Of a DNA stretch of 47,370 nucleotides, positions 35,328-47,370 are shown piece after piece. Source of the DNA: Octopus bimaculoides (taxonomy: Eukaryota); assembly GCF_001194135.2 (NCBI RefSeq), contig NC_068996.1:46758303-46805672 (forward strand), read 5' to 3'. Made by a program: the position numbers and the translations under genes. The number at the start of each line of letters is the position of its first letter. The first letter of the stretch is position 1. The notes beneath the pieces are model-generated. The model did not search any database, had not been told where the DNA came from, and worked only from the letters and a program-made list of their open reading frames with translations.

Positions 35328-36128
35328 CTCCACCCCCCCAGCCTTCCACCATTCCCACCACCCCTCCTACTTCTATCTCATCCACCCCTTCTCCACTTCA
35401 GTCTGTTGTTACCATTTCTCCAGATCTTCACCTCTCTGAGGCGGAGTGCTCCCTCCTCAGTAGGGGTCTGCGCTTCATCCCCCTCACTCCATCCAGCAAC
35501 GAATTTTGGGTTTGTATCGATATTCACAGCTTTGTGTGCCGTATTAGGTTGTGTGCGCTTTTCCACAACATCCACCTGCATCGAATAAGGAGGACTACTT
35601 CACCAATCTGGGCCTCCAACCATCCCAGTGGATGCCTGCTCCTGGCCAGGTCCAAGCAGTCAATCTTTTTGCGGGCGCCTGCCAGTGTGCTGTGGACCAG
35701 TTTAACTTTTCCAGGCATCCCCATCATCTGAACATCTCCCCAGCCGACCATCCACTACAAACACACACTCACACTCATACCTCCACTTCTCCTCCCACCC
35801 TAAACATGCCAGGCTTTCCATCCCCAATTCCCAATTCCTCCGTCTATGCAGGTTCTGTAGTGATGACCATAACTGAGGCTGTGTCTCAAGTCACGGCTCA
35901 CTACTTCGTCCTACATGGATATCCCCTCACTACTATCCACACTGCCCTTGCCAGAGCACATTCTGTGGACCGTGCATCTGCTCTCTCCCCCTGAACCGGC
36001 CCCGCCGTCTCCCGCCTCCCTTTTCCCCTCACCTACCACCTCATCACCCTACCTCTCCAACACACCATTCTCTGAGCCTTCCGGCGACTTCAGTCCAACC
36101 CCTCCACTTCACACATCTTCCCTAACTG
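35328..36128 (+). mobile_element. Penelope-like element ORF remnant lacking the RT core
   Basis: VVTISPDLHLSEAECSLLSRGLRFIP...DIHSFVCRIRLCALFH and ...NISPA are followed directly by HYK..(D)SHSYLHFSSHPKHARLSIPNSQFLRLCRFCSDD, HGYP..IHTALARA and RLPFPLTYH, which are standard PLE N-terminal and thumb motifs. Confidence 0.85.
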
Positions 36129-36836
36129 NNNNNNNNNNNNNNNNNNNNNNNNNNNNNNNNNNNNNNNNNNNNNNNNNNNNNNNNNNNNNNNNNNNNNNNN
36201 NNNNNNNNNNNNNNNNNNNNNNNNNNNNNNNNNNNNNNNNNNNNNNNNNNNNNNNNNNNNNNNNNNNNNNNNNNNNNNNNNNNNNNNNNNNNNNNNNNNN
36301 NNNNNNNNNNNNNNNNNNNNNNNNNNNNNNNNNNNNNNNNNNNNNNNNNNNNNNNNNNNNNNNNNNNNNNNNNNNNNNNNNNNNNNNNNNNNNNNNNNNN
36401 NNNNNNNNNNNNNNNNNNNNNNNNNNNNNNNNNNNNNNNNNNNNNNNNNNNNNNNNNNNNNNNNNNNNNNNNNNNNNNNNNNNNNNNNNNNNNNNNNNNN
36501 NNNNNNNNNNNNNNNNNNNNNNNNNNNNNNNNNNNNNNNNNNNNNNNNNNNNNNNNNNNNNNNNNNNNNNNNNNNNNNNNNNNNNNNNNNNNNNNNNNNN
36601 NNNNNNNNNNNNNNNNNNNNNNNNNNNNNNNNNNNNNNNNNNNNNNNNNNNNNNNNNNNNNNNNNNNNNNNNNNNNNNNNNNNNNNNNNNNNNNNNNNNN
36701 NNNNNNNNNNNNNNNNNNNNNNNNNNNNNNNNNNNNNNNNNNNNNNNNNNNNNNNNNNNNNNNNNNNNNNNNNNNNNNNNNNNNNNNNNNNNNNNNNNNN
36801 NNNNNNNNNNNNNNNNNNNNNNNNNNNNNNNNNNNN

Positions 36837-39395
36837 CTTTGCTTGCATGTGTCCCCTACTTCTACACTGATGACATATGGGTGGTCTCCCCTCCACCACG
36901 ACTCTTTGTCGGTGTCTTGTTGTGGAGTATCAACTCTTCTGCAATTTTGTGTAAATCTGGTAGGGTCACTTGGATTAGTACTTCTTGCAGCACATCTTCC
37001 ACAGTAGGTTGGCAAGAGTGCCCACCTTGATCTTATCAAGTGTAATGCTTTTTCGCTTTTTCTTTCCTCTTGAATCGCATCTCAAGTGTGCTGTATTTTC
37101 TCCTTCTGCGATCAATTCATGGCAACTACTAAAACATTATGTAATAGTGCAGTTCAGTAATATTGCTTCCCAGTAAAACAAATCACCATCAGGTTAAAGT
37201 ACATATACTATATATTCGTGAAGGCATGTAACCTAGTGTTTAAGACATAGCATTCATGATCACATGAGCATGGTTTCCATTCCTATGCAAGCAGTGCATT
37301 GTGTTCTTCAGCAAAAGTTTTCATTTCACATTGCCCTTGTCCATGCGGGTGTAAATCTGCAATTGGGTAACCCAGCAATGGGCTGGTGTCCCATTCAGCA
37401 GGCAGTGTGAACCTGCTCATCTAGTCAATGGAGTGACATCATTCAAAGGCCAAAATAATGTAAAGAAGTGCACTGTAATCAGTGGTGTATCACATCCAGT
37501 AGTCTGGTCAATATAGTATTATATATCTTTATATATGTATATGTAAGTATACATATATTATTCAAGGCATGTTGCATAGTGTGCAGCAGAATGTCGTTTN
37601 NNNNNNNNNNNNNNNNNNNNNNNNNNNNNNNNNNNNNNNNNNNNNNNNNNNNNNNNNNNNNNNNNNNNNNNNNNNNNNNNNNNNNNNNNNNNNNNNNNNN
37701 NNNNNNNNNNNNNNNNNNNNNNNNNNNNNNNNNNNNNNNNNNNNNNNNNNNNNNNNNNNNNNNNNNNNNNNNNNNNNNNNNNNNNNNNNNNNNNNNNNNN
37801 NNNNNNNNNNNNNNNNNNNNNNNNNNNNNNNNNNNNNNNNNNNNNNNNNNNNNNNNNNNNNNNNNNNNNNNNNNNNNNNNNNNNNNNNNNNNNNNNNNNN
37901 NNNNNNNNNNNNNNNNNNNNNNNNNNNNNNNNNNNNNNNNNNNNNNNNNNNNNNNNNNNNNNNNNNNNNNNNNNNNNNNNNNNNNNNNNNNNNNNNNNNN
38001 NNNNNNNNNNNNNNNNNNNNNNNNNNNNNNNNNNNNNNNNNNNNNNNNNNNNNNNNNNNNNNNNNNNNNNNNNNNNNNNNNNNNNNNNNNNNNNNNNNNN
38101 NNNNNNNNNNNNNNNNNGATAAGGTATATATAGGATCTTCCTATGGCACAGCTGATGAAATACGGCATGATGGCTGGCAATTTTAGCCTTCATCTTCCAG
38201 GTCTCTGCTTCATCGATTGTTATTGGCTGTATTGCTGCATTTGTACAGATGAATCATGAGCTCTATACTTATGCTATTGCTACAACAAAGTGTTGTCTGT
38301 CCTCAAAGTACTGCCACTGCCTTGCCAATTGTATAGCTTACATCTGTGTCTCCATTGCTGTTGCTTGTCACTATGCTTCCCAGATATGTGAAGTTTATAA
38401 CTTCTTCAACTGGTTCTTGTCCATCTTTCATTGGTACACCTTTCACTCGTTTCCTAACTTGCATTACCTTCATCTTTTGACAACTGATTCTGAACCCACT
38501 CTTTGCCGCTTCCCTTTCCATTTTTGTTGTCATTTCATGTAATGTTGGACAACTATCGGCCAAAAGGGCAAGTCTGTTCGCTGGTCATTCCCTATCCATG
38601 GTATGCCTACAGCCGGTCCTACCATTGATCTGCAGATAAGAAAATCAATGATGATCAGAAACAACATTGGTGACAGGAGATAACTTTGTCTTACTCCAGT
38701 GACAATCTTGAGCAAACCAGTGTATCCATACTCTGTTCTAATGTAGCAGCTTCAGTTATTGTAGAAACTGCTAATTAGACTAATGTAATTGTCTGGTCTT
38801 CCATACACTTTTGCAATCTTCTAGAGGGTTTCACTATGCACACTGTCAAATGCCTTTTTTGAAGTCAATAGAGTTTATCATTAATAATCTTTGGTGTTCC
38901 ATGCATTGTTCTGTGATGTTGCACAGTGTGAATATTTGCTCAGAGCACGATCTGCTGGGTCGACATCTGGCTTTACATCTAGTGGAAGCTTCAACTGGAA
39001 CAGCAACACAGAGCACAACAATTTACCTGGTGTTGATGACAATGTTATTGCCTTCCGGTTTTGGCAGTTGCTCAAATCTGCTTCATTTGGTCGTTTAATA
39101 ATGACTCCGCTCTTCAGGTACTCTTTGTTTTCTACCCAGCATTCATTACGTAACTGTATCAACCTTTTGACCTTAATCTGGCCATCCTGTTTGATTAATT
39201 CTGCAGAAGTGTTGTCCAGTCCTAGAGCTTTATTTCTCTTTTTTTAATCACTTCAGTACTTATCACTTCTTTGCTAATTGGTCCCCTTTCAACTCCCAAC
39301 TGTTCTATTTGTTGGTCCTCTAAATTCAATTCTATTGATAGTGCTGTTTGTGTTTTGTTGTTCTTCGCTTGTGCCTACGTACGTACATACATACA

Positions 39396-39429
<34 letters not shown>

Positions 39430-39440
39430 CATACATATAT
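36837..39440 (-). repeat. Composite unit copy 1 (CCHC ORF1-like fragment + SINE E + RTE RT fragment), with a gap inside
   Basis: Collinear with 44691-47370 and ending in the same (ATAC)n tract. Confidence 0.85.
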
Positions 39441-41146
39441 AACACACCAATTTGGACAGTTATTATTTTTATAAGAATGGGACGTATACGTATATTAGTG
39501 AAGGCATGTAGCCTAGTGTTTCAGACTTGGCATTCATGATCACAGGATCGTTGCTTTGATTCCTTGGTAAGCAGTGCATTGTGTTCTTGAGCAAAACTTC
39601 ATTTCACATTCCTCTTGTGAGGAAATGCATTGTGATTAGTGGTGTATCACATCCATTAGTCTTGTCCATTCTTCATAAGCCTTTAACCTGCTTTCTTACA
39701 AAAATAATAACTTAGAAACAAACTATGTACAATTTAATTATTTTTATGGGAGCATTTCTACTGGACCTCTGTCTAATCATTAAAATATTCATCTAATGAT
39801 CCAGCATTAAGTACTGCAGCATGCCTTTTCTGATCTTGAGAAAATCTCATCTCGCTTCTCTCTTCATACTCTCACCTTGGGTTTTCTACAATCCTCCTTG
39901 CTTTATCCTTCTTTCTGGAGATATCTCGTCTTTTCTTTGACGTATTTTTTTCAATATTGCAAACAAAAAATCATGGACATTGAAAGAAATTATACATTAA
40001 TGCCTATTTTGTAAGCATTTATGCATATGTAGTATGTTTTTAATTTTTGTATGCAGTATAAATTAACCGAAGAGAAGCACATGTATGAACTGCTAATTTA
40101 ACGGTAAATGCCACAAGAATTATTATAGATAAATTTCTTAATAGGTATTAAATGTTAATTCGAGGGTAAATATGTAACTGTAAATATCTTGCAATCTTGC
40201 AACTGCTGCAATAATTATTAACTGGTAATTAAAGGGTAAATGTGTATTTTCATATACATTGGACGTACCACCTCATTGTTTTTTGTCAAGAGTTTCACCT
40301 CCAGCCGTTTGTTATGTCACTCAATACATACACTGGCACAAGATTCTGCTGTGGTGGCCGTAAAGATGGAAAATTTAGTACTTCTTGCAGCACGTCTTTC
40401 ACAGTAGGTTGGAAAGAGTGCCCACCTTACTCTTCTCAAGTGTAATGCTTTCTCGCTTCTTCTTTCCTCTTGAGTCCATTTCTACTGTGCCGTATTTTCT
40501 CCCTCTTGCATAGAAGGTCGTCATTTATTTTNNNNNNNNNNNNNNNNNNNNNNNNNNNNNNNNNNNNNNNNNNNNNNNNNNNNNNNNNNNNNNNNNNNNN
40601 NNNNNNNNNNNNNNNNNNNNNNNNNNNNNNNNNNNNNNNNNNNNNNNNNNNNNNNNNNNNNNNNNNNNNNNNNNNNNNNNNNNNNNNNNNNNNNNNNNNN
40701 NNNNNNNNNNNNNNNNNNNNNNNNNNNNNNNNNNNNNNNNNNNNNNNNNNNNNNNNNNNNNNNNNNNNNNNNNNNNNNNNNNNNNNNNNNNNNNNNNNNN
40801 NNNNNNNNNNNNNNNNNNNNNNNNNNNNNNNNNNNNNNNNNNNNNNNNNNNNNNNNNNNNNNNNNNNNNNNNNNNNNNNNNNNNNNNNNNNNNNNNNNNN
40901 NNNNNNNNNNNNNNNNNNNNNNNNNNNNNNNNNNNNNNNNNNNNNNNNNNNNNNNNNNNNNNNNNNNNNNNNNNNNNNNNNNNNNNNNNNNNNNNNNNNN
41001 NNNNNNNNNNNNNNNNNNNNNNNNNNNNNNNNNNNNNNNNNNNNNNNNNNNNNNNNNNNNNNNNNNNNNNNNNNNNNNNNNNNNNNNNNNNNNNNNNNNN
41101 NNNNNNNNNNNNNNNNNNNNNNNNNNNNNNNNNATATATGAATATA

Positions 41147-43056
41147 CTGGCAAAATGTAACCAGGTGGCGAGCATAGAAATTTTCATCTTACCTGTAGGA
41201 AGAACATTAGATAAATGTGCAACCCAGAGGTGGATTATCTAGGACCTCAGTTTGAAACTTTACAAATTGCATTTGTTAACATAAATTTGATTAGTTCTCA
41301 ACAAGTAGATTTTCCTGGATAAAATCTCAAATGTGTCTACATCAATACCAGTATATGCTCTTGTGAAATGCCTAGCCTTGTTAACAGACTGAGAATGCCT
41401 CGTTAACTGACCAAAAACAGTGAAAAAGTTTTCAAAGAAAACATTATGAAATAGTGCAATACAATAGTATTGCTTTCCAGTAAACAAAGCACCATCTCTT
41501 CCGTCTGCACTTCTCTTAGAGGACACTTTGCTTGCATGTGTCCCCTACTTCTACACTTATAACATATGAGTGGTCTCCCCTCCACCACCACTCTCCATCG
41601 GGATTTTGTCGGGGAGTTTCAACTCTTCTGCAATGTTGTGTAAATCTGGTAGGGTCACTTGGATTAGTACTTCTTGCAGCACATCTTCCACAGTAGATTG
41701 GCAAGAGTTCCCACCTTGATCTTCTCAGGTGTAATGCTTTTTCGTTTTCTCTTTCCTTTCGAATCATTTCTGATGTGTGCTGTATTTTCTCCTTCTTTGA
41801 TCAATTCATAGCAACTACTAAACTTTCAAAGAAAACATTATGTAATAGTGCAGTTTAGTAGTATTGCTTCCCAGTAAAACAGAGCACCATCAGGTTAAAG
41901 TACATATACCATATATTCGTGAAGGCATGTAGCTTAGTGTTTAAGACATAGCATTCATGATCACATGAGCATCGTTTCTATTCCTATGCAAGCAGTGCAT
42001 TGTGTTCTTCAGCAAATCTCTTCATTACACATTGCGGGTGTTAATCTGCAATTAGGTAACCCAGCAATGGGCTGGTGTCCCATTCAGCAGGCAGTGTGAA
42101 CCTGCTCATCTTGTCAATGGAGTGACATCATTCAAAGGCCAAAATAATGTAAAGAAGTGCACTGTAATCAGTGGTGTATCACATCCAGTAGTCTGGTCAA
42201 TATAGTAATATATATATCTATATATATGTATATGTAAGTATACATATATTATTCAAGGCATGTTGCGTAGTGTGCAGCAGAATGTCGTTTTGATTTTCAG
42301 GCATAATCAGTCTGTGTAGGTCTTTCCATGTCTTCTTTGGCCAGCGTCTTTTTCTATTACCTTCCAGCGACATCCAGCCCATGCCTGGTTTAGTAAGCCT
42401 CTCCTCCGGTAGTCTTATGGTGTGTCCAGCCATTCTCATCTGTCATTCAGTTACAATTGCATGCAGGGGCCTTACTTTTTCTGCTTGGTGACTGGCTTCA
42501 TTTGTCACCCTATCTTGATAAGGTATATATAGGATCTTCCTATGGCACAGCTGATGAAATATGGCATGATGGCCGGCAATTTTAGCCTTCATCTTCCAGG
42601 TCTCTGCTTCATCGATTGTTATTGGCTGTATTGNNNNNNNNNNTCATTCAGTTACAATTGCATGCAGGGGCCTTACTTTTTCTGCTTGGTGACTGGCTTC
42701 ATTTGTCACCCTATCTTGATAAGGTATATATAGGATCTTCCTATGGCACAGCTGATGAAATATGGCATGATGGCCGGCAATTTTAGCCTTCATCTTCCAG
42801 GTCTCTGCTTCATCGATTGTTATTGGCTGTATTGCTGCGTTTGTACAGATGAATCATGAGCTCTATACTTATGCTATTGCTACAACAAAGTGTTGTCTGT
42901 CCTCTAAATACTGCCACTGCCTTGCCAATTGTATAGCTTACAACTGTGTCTACATTGCTGTTGCTTGTCACTATGCTTCCCAGATATGTGAAGCTTGTAA
43001 CTTCTTCAACTGGTTCTTGTCCGTCTTTCATTGGTACACCTTCCACTCGTTTCCTA
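41147..43056 (-). repeat. Composite unit copy 2 (truncated)
   Basis: Starts ctggcaaaatg.aaccaggtggcgagcatag like 44691, and similarity stops abruptly at 43056. Confidence 0.85.
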
Positions 43057-43310
43057 GGTACTCCCCAATATCGTCGTCGTACCTCCCCTCCACTAGTCCC
43101 CTGTAGAATACTTTCATGGTGTTGCAGCTTCTCAATTTCAACCCGGGAGGGCAAAGGTGCTTCAGAGCAGCGCTACACTCATGGTGCCATTCGCCCTTCC
43201 CAAGCCTCTCCTTGATCCACGACTGCAGTCCATTCATGGTAATGAGCTGCAGGATAGTGCTCCTCACAAGCGTCAACCACACCAGTTTACCCTCATCTTC
43301 GTAGACCCGG
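43057..43310 (-). mobile_element. GC-rich open fragment, probably L1/Tx1-type ORF2
   Basis: Open frame VWLTLVRSTILQLITMNGLQSWIKERLGKGEWHHECSAALKHLC...KVFYRGLVEGRYDDDIG. The family assignment is from recollection only. Confidence 0.4.
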
Positions 43311-44154
43311 TGATGTCACATATACATATATTAGTGAAGGCATATAGCCTAGTCTTTAGGACATGGCATTCATGATCACAAGAGTGTGGTTTCAATTCCC
43401 AGGCAAGCAGTGCATTGTATTAACTATAGCAGAAACATAAAATGAATGTAGAACTTAGATGTGGATAAGCTAGGGTCTAGGTTTCAAACTTTATAACTTA
43501 CGTTTGTTCACGTAAGCTTGATTAGTTCTCAACAGCTAGATGTTGAGGTGCTCATTTAGCCAATGGAGTGACATTCAAAAGCTAAAGTAGTGTGAGGAAG
43601 TGCATTGTGATCAGTGGTGTACCACATTGACTAGTCTGGTCAATCCAGTGATATATATGTATATTTATATACACACATATATGTGTGTGTATGTATGTAT
43701 AACCTCCACTTTTACCCGCTCCCATTGATTGCACCTAGTATAGCACTAGTGTAGCAATAATTGGGTACCCTACCAGCAGTATACTGGATAGATACTATCC
43801 CTTAGTGGGTTGAACCCCCAACCCCTAACTCTCACGTTATATATATATATATATATATATAANNNNNNNNNNNNNNNNNNNNNNNNNNNNNNNNNNNNNN
43901 NNNNNNNNNNNNNNNNNNNNNNNNNNNNNNNNNNNNNNNNNNNNNNNNNNNNNNNNNNNNNNNNNNNNNNNNNNNNNNNNNNNNNNNNNNNNNNNNNNNN
44001 NNNNNNNNNNNNNGTATAACCTCCACTTTTACCCGCTCCCATTGATTGCACCTAGTATAGCACTAGTGTAGCAATAATTGGGTACCCTACCAGCAGTATA
44101 CTGGATAGATACTATCCCTTAGTGGGTTGAACCCCCAACCCCTAACTCTCACGT

Positions 44155-44185
<31 letters not shown>

Positions 44186-44261
44186 TTAATAAGGGTAGAA
44201 ATTGATATTAATCAATTAAAACCAGCAGTCTAGCATATTAAAAAAATCCGAAGATTAAAAT

Positions 44262-44678
44262 TATATTACATACAAAAATAAGAGGAATGACAAGCAAAAG
44301 TGGACTCCTATATGCTAGAAATAGATCCCGAATCATCTAATCACGACAAATATGTTCTCAGTAAAAATTCAGCGACAAAACAGACTGTAAAAGGGCAAGA
44401 CAAATGAAAAAAATACTAAATAAAAAAATGATTAACCTATGTACCTTGGTTAAAATTTACATAAGTAAATATCTGCAGGATCATGAGCGTAGTTTCTCGA
44501 TTTATAAAATATAATTTTCAGAAGTAGACACAAGACGTCCACCCGAAAGGGAGCACGTGTAGAGTTCTACAAATTACATTCAGTGTATCCCTTCAAATGT
44601 TAGATGATTCGGCATCTATTTCTAGCATATAGGAGTCCACTTTTGCTGGTCATTCCTCTCATTTTTGTATGTTATATA
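44262..44678. mobile_element. MITE-like element with ~79-bp inverted repeats, in a (TA)n context
   Basis: acatacaaaaataagaggaatgacaagcaaaagtggactcctatatgctagaaatagatcccgaatcatctaa (to 44340) mirrors ttagatgattcggcatctatttctagcatataggagtccacttttgctggtcattcctctcatttttgtatgt (from 44600). Confidence 0.85.
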
Positions 44679-44690
44679 TATATATATATA

Positions 44691-47370
44691 CTGGCAAAAT
44701 GTTACCAGGTGGCGAGCATAGAAGTTTCATTTTACCTCTAGGAAGAACATTAGATAAATGTGCAACCCAGAGGTGGATTATCTAGGACCTCAGTTTGCAA
44801 CTTTACAAATTTCATTTGGTAACATAAATTTGATTAGTTCTCAACAGGTAGATTTTCTTGGATAAAATCTCAAATGTTGCTACATCAATACCAGTATATG
44901 CTCTTGTGAAATGCCTAGCCTTGTTAACAGACTGAGAATGCCTCGTTAACTGACCAAGAACAGTGAAAAAGTTTTCAAAGAAAACATTATGAAATAGTGC
45001 AATATAGTAGCATTGCTTTCCAGTAAAACAAAGCACCATCTCTTCCGTCTGCACTTCTCTTAGGGGACACTTTGCTTGCATGTGTCCCCTACTTCTACAC
45101 TGATGACATATGGGTGGTCTCCCCTCCACCACGACTCTTTGTCGGTGTCTTGTCGTGGAGTATCAACTCTTCTGCAATTTTGTGTAAATCTGGTAGGGTC
45201 ACTTGGATTAGTACTTCTTGCAGCACGTCTTCCACAGTGGGTTGGCAAGAGTGCCCACCTTGATCTTCTCAAGTGTAATGCTTTTTCGCTTTTTCTTTCC
45301 TCTTGAATCGCATCTCAAGTGTGCTGTATTTTCTCCTTCTGCGATCAATTTATGGCAACTGCTAAACTTTCAAAGAAAACATTATGTAATAGTGCAGTTC
45401 AGTAGTATTGCTTCCCAGTAAAACAAAGCACCATCAGGTTAAAGTACACATACTATATATTCGTGAAGGCATGTAGCCTCGTGTTTAAGACATAGCATTC
45501 ATGATCACATGAGCATCGTTTCTATTCCTATGCAAGCAGTGCATTGTGTTCTTGAGCAAAACTTTTCATTTCACATTGCCCTTGTCCATGCGGATGTAAA
45601 TCTGCAATTGGGTAACCCAGCAATGGGCTGGTGTCCCATTCAGCAGGCAGTGTGAACCTGCTCATCTAGTCAATGGAGTGACATCATTCAAAGGCCAAAA
45701 TAATGTAAAGAAGTGCACTGTTATCAATGGTGTATCACATCCAGTAGTCTGGTCAATATAGTAATATATATATCTTTATATATGTATATGTAAGTATACA
45801 TATATTATTCAAGGCATGTTGCGTAGTGTGTAGCAGAATGTCGTTTTGATTTTCAGGCATAATCAGTCTGTGTAGGTCTTTCCATGTCTCCTTTGGCCAG
45901 CCTCTTTTTCTATTACCTTCCAGCGACATCCAGCCCATGCCTGGTTTAGTAAGCCTCTCCTCTGGTAGTCTTATGGTGTGTCCAGCCATTCTCATCTGTC
46001 ATTCAGTTACAATTGCATGCAGGGGCCTTACTTTTTCTGCTTGGTGACTGGCTTCATCTGTCACCCTATCTTGATAAGGTATATATAGGATCTTCCTATG
46101 GCACAGCTGATGAAATACGGCATGATGGCCGGCAATTTTAGCCTTCATCTTCCAGGTCTCTGCTTCATCGATTGTTATTGGCTGTATTGCTGCGTTTGTA
46201 CAGATGAATCATGAGCTCTATACTTATGCTATTGCTACAACAAAGTGTTGTCTGTCCTCTAAATACTGCCACTGCCTTGCCAATTGTATAGCTTACATCT
46301 GTGTCTCCATTGCTGTTGCTTGTCACTATGTTTCCCAGATATGTGAAGCTTGTAGCTTCAACTGGTTCTTGTCCGTCTTTCATTGGTACACCTTCCACTC
46401 GTTTCCTAACTTGCATTACCTTCATTTTTTGACAACTGATTTTGAACCCACTCTTTGCCGCTTTCCTTTCCATTTTTGTTGTCATTTCATGTAATGTTCG
46501 ACAACTATCGGCCAAAAGGGCAAGTCTGTTCGCCGGTCATTCGCTATCCATGGTATGCCTACAGCCGGTCTTACCATTGATATGCAGATAAGAAAATCAA
46601 TGATGATCAGAAACAACATTGGTGACAGGAGATAGCTTTGTCTTACTCCAGTGACAATCTTGAACAAACCAGTGTATCCATACTCTGTTCTAATGCGGCA
46701 GCTTGAGTTATTGTAGAAACTGCTAATTAGACTAATGTAATTGTCTGGTCTTCCATACACTTTTGCAGTCTTCTAGAGGGTTTCACTATGCACACTGTCA
46801 AATGCCTTTTCTGAAGTCAATAGAGTTTATCATTAATAATCTTTGGTGTTCCATGCATTGTTCTGTGATGTTGCACAGTGTGAATATTTGCTCAGAGCAC
46901 GATCTGCTGGGTCGACATCTGGCTTGTTGTTCCCCCAGCTTTACATCTAGTGGAAACTTCAACTGGAACAGCAACACAGAGCACAGCAATTTACCTGGTG
47001 TTGATGATAATGTTATTGCCTTCCGGTTTTGGCAGTTGCTCAAATCTGCTTCATTTGGTCGTTTAATAATGACTCCGCTCTTCAGGTACTCTTTGTTTTC
47101 TACCCAGCATTCATTACGTAACTGTATCAACCTTTTGACCTTAATCTGGCCATCCTGTTTGATTAATTCTGCAGAAGTGTTGTCCAGTCCTAGAGCTTTA
47201 TTTCTCTTTTTTTAATCACTTCAGTACTTATCACTTCTTTGCTGATTGGTCCCCTTTCAACTCCCAACTGTTCTATTTGTTGGTCCTCTAAATTCAATTC
47301 TATTGATAGTGCTGTTTGTGTTTTGTTGTTCTTCGCTTGTGCCTACGTACGTACATACATACATACATAC
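44691..47370 (-). repeat. Composite unit copy 3 (most complete)
   Basis: The minus strand gives RTE RT motifs (KAITLSSTPGKLLCSV, QQARCRPSRSCSEQIFTL, IDFRK, GVRQ..LLSPMLF, FTYLG), then SINE E on +, then VVEGRPPICHQCRSRGHMQAKCP (CX2CX4HX4C). Confidence 0.9.

Larger units (their letters stand above)
6100..44013. other. Twelve assembly gaps
   Basis: N-runs at 6100-6199, 19796-20376, 21306-22019, 24476-24485, 29069-29078, 32472-32481, 34564-35327, 36129-36836, 37600-38117, 40532-41133, 42634-42643 and 43863-44013. Confidence 0.98.

Noticed and set aside
42446-42831. Apparent ~188-bp tandem duplication around a 10-N gap
   Set aside because: The identical copies flank a placeholder gap and the duplication is absent from the other unit copies, so it is probably an assembly artefact.
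43697-44179. Apparent 166-bp direct duplication around the gap at 43863-44013
   Set aside because: Essentially identical sequence on both sides of an N-run ending in (TA)n is typical of an unmerged contig overlap.

Overview
AT-rich, repeat-dense animal genomic DNA from a gappy scaffold with 12 N-gaps. The SINE/LINE repertoire and microsatellite load suggest an octopus; that is my inference from recalled repeat families, not a database result. One host gene is supported: five in-phase + strand coding exons (12847-12993, 13209-13308, 17612-17790, 18974-19119, 24822-25020; 771 nt, 257 codons). They encode a PH domain plus coiled coil of a SWAP70/DEF6-family protein, and the 5' and 3' exons were not found in the window. 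The rest is intron-like and filled with tRNA-derived SINEs, RTE-type LINE tails, a decayed MULE transposase, three same-strand R4/Dong-type retroelement relics, a Penelope-like cluster, MITE/foldback elements and a ~2.7 kb composite unit repeated at least three times (36.8-47.4 kb). The best finding is a type I hammerhead ribozyme fold at 33025-33091 on the gene's sense strand, with an atypical hammerhead-like motif about 800 nt downstream. There is no CRISPR array, rRNA or true tRNA gene, and most ORF-track entries are repeat- or gap-derived artefacts.
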